NCBI RefSeq assembly: GCF_036321535.1
Contig: NC_087436.1
Location: 100,566,001-100,630,000 of the forward strand
DNA from: Camelus dromedarius
Taxonomy: Eukaryota
Length of the DNA stretch: 64,000 nt
Direction of reading: 5' to 3'
Shown: in pieces, positions 51,558 through 62,595 of the stretch
How the letters are laid out: every line of letters starts with the position of its first letter
Position numbering within the stretch: position 1 is the first letter of the stretch
The notes under the pieces: model-generated
Database searches by the model: none
What the model saw: the letters and a program-made list of their open reading frames with translations, nothing else
What the model was told of the DNA's origin: nothing
Program-made: the position numbers and the translations under genes

Positions 51558-52149
51558 TATTATTATTTTATTAATAAAAAATTTTAGTTAAAAATAAATA
51601 AGGGTGAAAGACAAATTAGTAGCAGACATATAATAAACAAAGGATTAAATATCTGATTATGTGTTAAGCACTCCCAACTCTTCTGTCAAGAATAATTCAT
51701 ATTAAAACAAACCAAATAAAACGAACAAAACCCCAGAATCTCTCATATGTGATCCTAGCAATAAATACATTTTTTAAAAACTGGATATGATTCTTCATCC
51801 TTACCCCCAGCATCTGAAGAGATCTGTCAGTATGGCATTTTCAAAACTAGAGATTTTTTAAGGATGCAACAGATTCTTTTTCAGCTATCAGGAATTAACC
51901 TTAATCTGGCCGTTTTAACAGACATTTTTCAAGCCTGCTAACAATGCAAGAAACATTGAAAATTAATCTGAAGGGCAAAATGACCTATTTAAATATATTT
52001 TATAATCAGTTCAAATGAGAAGACTTTGGGATAAACTCTGCTTGAATTTGTTGAGTATGTGAAGGGAGACTTTAATGTCTTCCTACTTCTCCCCTCCCCG
52101 CTTTACTTACCGTATGATGTGAAAGGAAGTCAGTGGGAGCAATCTGCAC

Positions 52150-55100
52150 CTGAGGAGTGGGGAATCAGATTCCATTTTCTTGAGGATGAAGGATCTGCTT
52201 AAGTTATCTGGAATTCTGCCACAAGAGATTTGTCTGTTCTCTCTGATTTATTTATTTACTCAACCGTTTATTCATATCATGGATATTTATTTTATACTTT
52301 GGGTCATAATCCAATACTACTTCATTTTGTGGTGCAAAGTTTTCCAGTTTTGACCACTGGAGGCTCCTCCAGTCAGTCTGCTCCAGGAGCCCGCTGATGC
52401 CCTCCCACACCACTCCACAGCCATAATTCCCACAAGTTCATGTGTGTGTGTTTGAGCGCTTTCTTACTTTCCTGAGCTGCAGGGCACTCCAGGCTCGTCT
52501 TGTGTATTCCCTGCCCCAGCCCTGCAATCAGTCTTTTCTTCAAGGCTTCCCAGCTCCTTCACCTGAAGAATGTTATTAGAAACTAAGAGCCAGGTGAGGT
52601 TGGCTCATTGCTACTTTGGAATGGTTGATTTTAGAACCTCTCATTTTATCCTTTCTCATACTTTAAAAAAACTTTTAGTACTTTCTCTAGAATTTACAGT
52701 ATACTTTTTTGATGAATCTAAATTCACCTTCAAGTAGCACTCAACCACTCACAAGTAAGGCAGGTACTTCATAACAGTTTCCCTACTTCCTCCCTCTTAT
52801 CCCTTGTAACATTGGCGTCTTTCGTTTCACTTCATATGTTGTAATCAACTAGTACATTGCTACTATTACTATTATTGCTTTAAATAAACAGTTATTTTTA
52901 CGTCAGTTAAGAGAGGAAATTACACTTTATTTTAGCTTCATTTACTCCTTCTTTGATGCTCGTCCTTTCTTTATGTAGATCCAAATTTCTGACCACTTTT
53001 TCTCACTCTGCTTGAAGACCTTCTTTTAACCTTCTTGGAGGCAGGTCTGCTGGCAGTGAATTCCCTAAGCCTTTATTTCGTTTTTGTCTTTTTTGTAGAG
53101 GTTTTGTTTGTTTGTTTGTTTTTAACTTTTTTTATTGATTTATAATCATTTTACAATGTTGTGTCAAATTCCAGTGTAGAGCACAATTTTTCAGTTATAC
53201 ATGAACATACATATATTGTCACATTTTTTTATCTGTGAGCTACCATAAGATCTTGTATATATTTCCCTGTGCTATACAGTATAATCTTGTTTATCTATTC
53301 TACAATTTTGAAATCCCAGTCTGTCCCTTCCCACCCTCCACCCACTTGGCAACCACAAGTTTGTATTCTATGTCGATGAGTCTATTTCTGTTTTGTATTT
53401 ATGCTTTGTTTATTTATTTATTTTTTTAGATTCCACGTATGAGTGATCTCATATGGCATTTTTCTTTCTCTTTCTGGCTTACTTCACTTAGAATGACATT
53501 CTCCAGGAGCATCCATGTTGCTGCAAATGGCATTATGTTGTTGGTGGGAATGCAGTTTGGTGCAGCCACTGTGGAAAACAGTATGGAGATTCCTCAAAAG
53601 ACTAGGAATAGACTTACCATATGACCCAGGAATCCCACTCCTGGGCATATATCATAGAGGTTTTATTTCTCTACTTCTGAAATAGAATTTTACTGGCTAT
53701 AGAATTCATGTTTGGTGGAGTTGGGTCCCCCCCCCACCACCAAAATTGAAAGACATCACTATATTCTCTGGCTTGCATGGTATCTGACAAGAAATCAGCT
53801 CTAATCCTTAGCCTTGCTCTTCTCTAGGTAAACTGTTTTCTCCTCTGGTTCCTTTCAAGGTTTTCTCTATTTTCAGTTTTCTGCAGTTAGAATAAGATAT
53901 GCCTAGATCTGTTTTTGCCGTTTCAGTGTTTTTCCTGCTTGCCACACTTCTAGGTTCCTGAATCTGTGGTTTGGTGTCTATCATTCACTTTGGAAAATTC
54001 TCTGCCACTATTACTTCAATGTGTTCTCCCTTCTGCTTTGGCTTTTCCAATTTTGTGCACTTTTTTCATCTTGACACTTTCTCACAGCTCTAGTCACTTA
54101 ATTCTTTTTTCTTTCCCTTTCCATTAACCTGTCGTCAAGCTTACTGTTTCTTTCCTAGTCATGCCATGTCTACCGATGGGTCTGTCAAAGATATTCTTCA
54201 TTTTTCTTACAGTTTTTGATTTTTCACATTTTCTTTTAATTCTTTCTTCGACTTACCATAGCCCTGCGTATAATACTTACCTATTCATGCATGCTGTTTC
54301 CTTTTTCCAATAGTGCCCTTAACATATTAATCATTGTTCTTTTAAACTTGCTGTGCTATAATTCCACCATGTGTCATATCTGGGTTTGGTTATGATGATT
54401 CCTTTTCTTTTCAAACTTTGTTTTTCATTGCCTTTGTCATGCCTCATAATTATTTTGCTCAAAGCTGAGCAAAATAATTTATTAGGTATTGGGAACAAAG
54501 GTATTTAGGTCTTTATTATGAAGTTCCTGTTAATCTGGCTAGGAGTTGGGGTGTGTTTGATGTTTGCTGTAGCTGTAGGTGCCAAAAGGATTCATTATCC
54601 TTTAATGTTCTCGTTTCTGTTGATTCAGCTGACTTTTTTGGTTTCCCTAAGCACTCTTCCTCAGAGGGAGTCTGTATTTTGCTGCCCTTTCAGGTATAAC
54701 CCACTGTTATTACCGTGAAGCCCTGTTGATGTGGCAGAAAGGTATGGGGGAGGGGCTGCATTCAGTCATCTGATAAAATCGCAGCCTTTTAAGCGGCCAG
54801 TGTCCTTGGGCTGTGCCCTCTACAAGTGTTTCTCCTGTAGTGTAGCTTTTTCCTCCTGTCCCCTGTTCTCTTGCCTGGGTGCAGAACTGCTAAGTATTCC
54901 CAATCTAATTCCTTGAAGCCCTGACCCCTGCTGACTCGGGTTTATCATTTTATTTTATTTTATCTTTTCCCTTTCAGGTGAGACAGGATGGCTGGGGGTG
55001 ACTAAGTGAGCGGAGGTCCCTTCCAGCAGTTAGGATAAGGCTCAGGCAAAGTCCTCTCCCTTGAAGAAGATCTGTGTATTGTTGAGAAAGTGTGGGTGTT

Positions 55101-55520
55101 ATTTCACAATGACCACACTTCCCCTTCCCTCTCCCAGAGTCGTGAGCTAATCTTTCTCAGATATTCGTTATAAGAATCTGAAGTGGTTCCCAGAAGTAAA
55201 ACACAGTAAGACTGCAGCTCCCAGCTGGTTCTCATTCTCAAGCCAGTCCCCACTCAGCCTCCAGCCATTAGGCAGTAGTTCCCTTTAAGTGTTTCTGTCG
55301 GGTTAGGTCTCCGGTGACTTTTAATCTAGGTTTGCAGATTCCGTCTGTCCCTCGGTGGATGGGTCTGTGTCTCCAGATTTCAAGGTGGCAGTTTGCCCTG
55401 CAACCTCAGTTCTCTAATTGGTACGAGGAAAAGCATTGATTATCTGTCCAGGGCTTTCGTTGCCATTTTAAGGATAAGAATGACAACTTCCCAGTTCTTT
55501 ACATGTTGGAGCTTAAAATG
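52150..55520 (-). mobile_element. Old L1 (L1MD-like): 3' UTR, ORF1 region and 5' region, internally deleted, hosting a young L1
   Basis: 3' UTR similar to 3054-3270 and 25770-26250. Antisense ORF1-type text (gaattttactggctatagaattc, tttggaaaattctctgccactattacttc). 5' end similar to 27720-27910. Confidence 0.82.
53106..53654 (-). mobile_element. Young camelid-like L1, 5'-inverted/deleted, with 10-bp TSD
   Basis: TSD tagaggtttt at 53096-53105 and 53655-53664. Antisense 3' segment to ~53541, sense segment ~53539-53654. Confidence 0.92.
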
Positions 55521-56136
55521 ACATAATGATTCCTTTTTAAATGTAAAATCTTATCGAACCTATTGTGAGTCACTCACTCTACATGATTTGTGGGGGCAAA
55601 AATACAAGAATTTTTTTCCCTGAATCGGTTAAAATAATAACACGTAGGACTATAAATAAAAGTACCTTCCATGAACATAAAAAGGTAAGGTGGGGATTTC
55701 CCCAGAAAAGTAGCAAATTTTTGAATCCTTGCTTAAAAACTTAATAATTAAGTTTATTTGAAAAGTATGTAAATACATTTATTCACTTAGCCTCAACCAA
55801 TAGAAGTCCCTACACTGAAGGAATATTGAATCTGATCATTTCTACAGTAATTGCATTTATACTTAGGTGAATGAAAGGACAATGCAATTTTAGCTTTTAG
55901 GACATTAGCTGATTTATGCAGGGGTCAAAATAGGAATGTTCCCCTGGAAAACAATGAATCGACTCAGTGCATTCCACACACCATATATTATTTTTTATAG
56001 CTAAGGAGTCCTTGGTATTTTTAGGATCGCCAATAGTTTTTACGCGTGTGTGACTCTACTTCAGAAATTAGCACCAAAAAAAAAAAAAAAAAGAAAGAAA
56101 AAAAAGATACCTGGCCCTTTAGTCATTTGTCCATTT

Positions 56137-56143
56137 TATGTGT

Positions 56144-56184
<41 letters not shown>

Positions 56185-56303
56185 TGTGTGTGTATGTGTG
56201 TGTGTATGTGTGTATGTGTGTGTATGTGTGTGTGTATGTGTGTGTGTGTATGTGTGTGTGTGTGTGTATGTGTGTGTGTATGTGTGTGTGTGTATGTGTA
56301 CAC
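56137..56303. repeat. Compound (TG)n/(TA) microsatellite, ~167 bp
   Basis: Directly visible; explains ORFs 56046, 56050 and 56123. Confidence 0.97.
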
Positions 56304-57019
56304 TGTGTATTCTGTAAGTGCTCTTTCAAGCTTTAAAAGGCTGTCTCATGTTTCGGCAACATGAGTAAAATGGGTCAGACAGTATGTGAGCTCAAATGAA
56401 AATAACTAAGAAAGACTGGCCACTCTTCTTCAGCTTTCTGAATGTGTCTATCCTGCTGAAGAAGGACTTTCAACCGAGGAATGGAAGTCCGAGCTATTGT
56501 GTAGGTGTTTAAATTGTGTGCACTGACCTAAACCAAAACCGTTAACATAATTCAGAGTCATAAGTTTTGGCAGATGAGTGTGGGACTGACTGAAAACCAC
56601 ATACTATGTGCAAAACAGGGTGACATATTTATTCTCAATTGACTGGTTAATGCAGCTGTGTCCTGTCTGTCCTGTGGAAGTCAGCATTAAAATTTTGAAG
56701 GGGATGTTCCTTTATAACAACACAATACATTCTTTGGAATAGTACACCTTGATACTAGGATATTGAAGTTTAACTTACACCTGCTGTTCCTTGAGAGAGA
56801 AAAAAATTAAGGTAGAATGCCTTATGGACTAAGTTGATTAATAAAAACGTATATATTTTAAACATTATGCAACTGGGGAAAATGAACAGCTAATAGAGGA
56901 AAGAGGGTACATGGGGATTGAACCAATGAAGCACTCACAATAATGCAGATTTCAGACTAAAATTAAATCTTAGGATCATGTCTATACAAGCAATATGTCT
57001 TAGAGAACTGATTGTTTAT

Positions 57020-57970
57020 ACGATACTCCGATGCAGAAGTGGAATTGAGATCAGTCAATGAAACATCCCTGACTTTATGTTTAGTGGCAGGGAACTTTTG
57101 GAGGTTACTCAAATGCTGCAAAAACTCTAATTTTCAATGTCATTTGGTCTCCTTGCACACAGTTAAATTTGATTTACGGTGTGAAAGAAACGGCAGACGC
57201 CGTTGTTGCTATAGAAAAGTCGCATTTAAGAAATAAGTATTTTTAAGCCTGATTTTTTTTTTTTTTTTTTTTTTTTACTTTTTTTCCACATGGAAATTTA
57301 GAAGAGGAGATTTTGGGGTAAGAGGGAAGCCCTGGTCCGCTAACTTGCCGAATAGTTAGGGTTGGGAAGGAGGAAGTCTGTAAAAAGAGAAAAAGGCTTA
57401 AAATACCTCCTGACGCTTGTAAACTATAGGCAGCCGTTAGAAATGGAAAGGAACCTAGGAGGTAATTAAGATAAATCACATCCTGAAGCCTTTTAATATC
57501 TTTGCCCTAGGACTGAGGACTTGTGATTTTCCTTTTTTGAAAACGCTTCTATGATGCCTGACATTTAGACGATTGTTTAAGGGAAGAAAACAACTGTGAA
57601 GGTAAAAAGATCAGCCCAACTGTACTCGGGACTTGGGGGAATGCAAATGCCGTCTGCAGTTGTAAAGTGGCGTACATCAAAAACGCTTCAGAGACAAATA
57701 AGCAGACTGAGTGACTTTGAAGCTGAGAAACCAGGTCAACAATCAGATAAAGCTTGTATCTGTACCAGCAGCATTTCCTTATCTGAATTGTTGAAGTTTT
57801 AATATGGAATTTTTGTGTGTTTACTTTTGTTTAACCATAAGTGGTTTAAAACTGCATTTGCAAGTTAACTTATTTTTTTCCTTAAAAGATTGAAGGCAAG
57901 ATCATAGCACAAATCAGCAGCGGTTTCTAGGGTCACAACTTAATCTCACATGATTCACGCTGGATGCGAA
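57020..57970. promoter_or_regulatory. Candidate CpG-retaining promoter/enhancer (MYB, RFX and CRE motifs)
   Basis: 20 CpG in ~950 bp of AT-rich unique DNA, six YAACKG sites, X-box-like GTTGCTATAGAAAA, TGACG, and a T24 tract. Confidence 0.4.
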
Positions 57971-58249
57971 ACACAGATCATTTGCTCATTTGAGAGTCTT
58001 CCCTTTGGATCTTAAAAGAATGTTTTGAGACTCCAGAAATAGCCTAACAGAATGTGGTTGGTTCCCTGGGAGGAATAGCAACAAGAAGTACTGTGCATCT
58101 CCTCTGACCACAGGTGATAGTAAATCCCTGTCAACGAATAATTGGTAAAGCATTAGATTGGGGGGTGGAAAGTCTTGCAAAGATGAGTGACCTTAGGAAG
58201 ACACAAAGCTGAGATGGAAGGGATAGAATTTCAGGGGAGAAGTTAGTCC

Positions 58250-58252
<3 letters not shown>

Positions 58253-58285
<33 letters not shown>
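58253..58285. repeat. (TA)n microsatellite
   Basis: Directly visible. Confidence 0.95.
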
Positions 58286-58288
<3 letters not shown>

Positions 58289-59479
58289 AGTCTGTATGTA
58301 TGTGTATATTTACACCATGAACTCATATTTCGATATTATTAAACATGTTGGAAGTAACCTCAAATGTTCAACATTTATCAAGAGTTAGTTTGAGTCACAA
58401 ACATTGAAGGTGTTATATATACCATGCATCAGATTCTTCCAGAACAAATCTGAATTTAAATAGAGTCTTCCATTTTCTCTTTTCATTATGTCCTTGCCCC
58501 TTAACAAGCAATTGACTTGCAAAAACTGGAGTTCTTTATGCCCAACCATCCCAAGCTCACCAGTGTTGTCCCAGCTGCCCCATGGACCCATTGCTCTTGG
58601 GTCTGAGAATCATCTCATTTCAATCTCTGTGTTTTGCAACTTGTTTCTGACTTGGCCCTCTTGTGGTTTAAGAAAACATTTTGGACTCCCTGAACTAAGA
58701 TCTCCCTTTCAGTTACTCCTTCTTCCTTGAATTTGACCAGAACTAGTGCCTGCAGAGCTGAACGAGACATGGGCTTTTGAAGCCTGTCTTCTGAGACCCC
58801 TGCATCAGCATTCCCCTCCTGCACTCCATTCTTTGCCTCCTACCCTGCCACCCACGCATCTGTGTGCACCAGCTAAGGAAATGGATAGAGCATGATTCAC
58901 ACACCTGTTTATAGATATCACATTGTCCTGAAGTTTTATTTGAAAAATACCATCTTTCATTCTTTGAAGATTTTGGCAACCATCAAAACGCGCCAGGTAG
59001 GTCTCTTGCTGCAGTCAATGTAATTGACATCCTGACTATTTTCAAGCTCAGACTGTTCCGTCAAGGTGCTCTCAGCCGGGGACTAAGTGTGGTGGGCCCA
59101 CTCTCCCCAGATGAGGCAGCTTTGGCTCAAGCACACACTTATTTGCCTGCTTCTGTGAACCTCTCTTGGTACTATACTGTAGTCCAAAACTTAATACCCA
59201 GTCTGCCTTCTTTCCCTTCCTTCTTCAAAGATGTCAGACTTGCATCATACCAGAAAACTCACCTGGCTTCTTCCCCCTTATTCTTCACAGGCACTTCACC
59301 CAATTAATCTTTTCCATATTTAATCCATCTGGTGTTGGCTCCTTAAAAGACCCAAACTGACACAAGAATATTAAATATGTGATCTCTTTTCCCAAGTATC
59401 ATGCCTATGAATGAATTTTAATGTAAAGTAGTGAACAATTTCATGGCTGCTTAAGTTGGCAGCATTTGGAATAAAACAT

Positions 59480-59640
59480 CAATTCTATAGCATGCTAGTT
59501 GTATAATTTTAGGTTATCATTTCAAGCCTTAGTTTTCTACTTTCTAAAATAAAAATATCAATAATCATCTCATATAGGGTTATTGTGTGGAGGAGGATTC
59601 TGACAAATAGCAAACATCCATTAAGTGGTCACATTAAAAA
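59480..59640 (+). mobile_element. MIR fragment
   Basis: gccttagttttctactttctaaaat...ataatcatctcatatagggttattgtg. Confidence 0.7.
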
Positions 59641-61050
59641 TAATGAATGAAAAATCAGAGACCTTCAGGGAATTCATTTTGAAAACGTAAAGGAATTGAA
59701 ATGGAGTTTTTATATTCCTCTCTAGGACTAGGGAAACGTCAATCTGAGTAGAGAAGAAGAAAGATTGACATTGTTGACAAGATCTTATAGAATTACCTCC
59801 ACTGAGCTAGCTTTACAGAAATCTTTGGGGGGTGCTGAAGTCCTAATTTGCTCCCAGGGATTTCAGTAGCTTTCACTTTTTAATAGGAAAGAATAATCAT
59901 CTTATGGAAAAGGTATCCTAGGACCCCTACAGAACTGTGGTATTTGAAATTTTGAAATTTAAATTTTAACAGTGTTTTTGTTTGCACTTGAAGGATTATA
60001 GAAATGATCTCCTTATTTCTAATAGACCGCATTCTAGGCATGATCATTTGAGGTAATTAGTGCTGCGTCTTCAGGTTGTTTAATCCTCAAATAACCCGAC
60101 TAAAATGAAAGAAAATAAACATGTGGCGATTTGGAATCTTTACGATGCTTAGATACAGTGAAAACAGGATTGAAATAGATTACAGGTATTTGAAAGAAAG
60201 AAAGTTGGTCTGTAACACTCTTAACTATGTGAAAGAAATAATAAGGCTGCATTTTATATTATTATTAAAACAGGACCTCTGTATAGGTAGAACTTCAATA
60301 TTTGATGCACAGAAAACAAATTCAATCATTGCAAATTATTAGTCTTAATGTTGAAAATGATATATATTAAACATGAAATGTCCTTCTAGTTTAAGAACAC
60401 TGTGACATGCAGAACAGAAAAGAGGTTTTGAGGTCAAGTCTGTCATTTCATATAATGTGACTTTCTTAAAGATCAGATGGTAATGCAGGTCAGTGATAAG
60501 AAAATAATGGATCATGTTACATTCAGACAGTAAATTAACACTTCAAGAACCAATTTGGTTTCTTTAAAGAATCAGAGATTATCCACATTTTGATTAAGGA
60601 GTTAAAAATAGTCACCTCCTAGATGACTGGAGTTATCTAAGGTGATAATTCACAAATGAAAGCAATATTTTAAATACTAATAGCAAAGTGGCCAAATAGA
60701 GATTCTTTAATAGCTATCTGTGCAATTATATTTTAAGGAACTTTATACAAACTGAGATGCTGTGTGAGCAAATGTGTATTATTTTAGTTAGGTTTAGTAA
60801 ACATGAAATTCACTGGAATATTGGCTGGAATCGATTTCCATGGAGTAAAGAGTATGAACTCCCTGAAAAACTGAGTAATAACAAAGTGACCACACTATGT
60901 ATGTACACACAAGTTGGTGAGTTTCAGAAAATAAATGGAGAAAAAATGTAACAGATTTTTTATTAAATTTATTTAGAAAGTCATGATCAAGTACTGCATG
61001 AGACATCGAATAATATTGTCAATTTAGAAGGATTTTTTTTCCTCGTAAAT

Positions 61051-61247
61051 CAGGGATTGGCTTTTTTATTTTTTTTCCTGTAGAGAGATTGTAAATAATT
61101 TAGGCTTTGCAGTCCACTTGTGGTCTCTGCCCCAAATAATTTTTTTTAGACAACTCTAAATATTTTAAATTTTTTTCTTAGCTGGGGTGGAGCATACAAA
61201 GATTAAGTGCCCAATTTGGCCATAAAGCTGTTGTTTGCCTGCCCCAG
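61051..61247 (+). mobile_element. MER58-like hAT-Charlie MITE
   Basis: cagggattggc...cctgtagag...gtaaataatttaggctttgcagtccac...ggtctctg...atttggcc...gtttgcctgcccc. Confidence 0.8.
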
Positions 61248-62595
61248 CTGAGTATTCCTGAAATAAAGATGCCCACTCCCCATGCAGTGTGGGTGCCAGG
61301 GATGAGATGCGATAAATGAGCTCTTACGGTAAGATAATGAACCTAAAAGGACAGAAGACTCAATCACCAGGTTTTAGGATATCTCACTTCTCTTATGAAA
61401 TACCTGTAAATGAGAAACCTGATTGGACTATCATATGGAAATGCAATCACTACTGTACATTCCAGCTGATACATTTGATTCTAGGTTTTTGTTCTTTCCT
61501 CTGCCTCCCTGCCCATTTCTCTTTTACAGATAAAAACAGTTTATGATTTTTAACAGAAATAACTGAGTATCTCTTCTCCTATCATATTTAACATAACAGA
61601 TGAAGAAAGAAAAAGTTGATAAAGAATTGGTAGTTATGATGTGATTTTTATTTGTTATTTTCCATAGAGAATTATTTGACATGTCTTAAATTGAATATAG
61701 CAAAAATGTCTACAGTAATGTGCAATTAAAAGACCACTTTACTTTGAGATATTTTAACAAACAGAGAATCATCTACATTATATCTATAGAAAAGAAGGCA
61801 AAGGCCTTAATTGCTTTTAGCATTTCCACCCCACAAATCTGATGAAAGATTTTGAAAGAGCATAAAAGAACATATTTTTGTGGCACTCTGAAACACCCTT
61901 ATTTAGAATGCTAATTATAATCAGCACACACATTACAGTGTTTCATCTGGAAAGTAATATATTTCACTTTTGACCTTATAGTCTTCTGTGATGTCCTTAT
62001 TCAGAATTCACATTTCAACAACAAAGGAGGCCAGAAAAGTCTGTTGATGGATGTTAAGAGCTTCCTGCAGATGAATGTCATAATACTTTTTGATCACTAT
62101 GGGTGAGACATTCTATGCAATATGCTCCACTTAAACGGATGTCATTCTAATCCCCCCATGTTTGCAGTTTCCAAACAAACTAAGGAAGAAGGAAAACAAG
62201 GAAGGGAGATGACACATAAGAAGTGAAAAAAAGAAATTCAATTAAAATTTGAGAGGAGAAAGCAAAAAGAAAACAGTGAAGAGTAAGATGGATTTCAGAA
62301 TGTATAAAATTAACATGAACGATGTGAAAGTAACAGAATGGCAAGCAAAGGCAGAAGAAACAAGGTGTGGGAAAAAATAATTAAAATATTTCATGTCATA
62401 AAATGTTACATTTCATTTGTCTTTCAGAAGATTTGCAGCAAACCATGAACTTTATTGTTTCTTCTAATCTGAGAGTAGCAACAAGAGTTGAATTGAACCT
62501 AAATGTTCAACAAATACATTTGGGTACCTCTGACATTTTAGCAGGTTTTGTATTGCACTGACATCACCAAGTTTGTAGAATATAGTAGGACCATC

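Noticed and set aside
56046..56364. Cys/Val-rich and His/Thr-rich ORFs
   Set aside because: Translation of the (TG)n microsatellite.
60970..60999. ~25-bp inverted similarity to 27720-27748 (LDHDFLN in both ORFs)
   Set aside because: Too short and imperfect; chance or a tiny L1 remnant.
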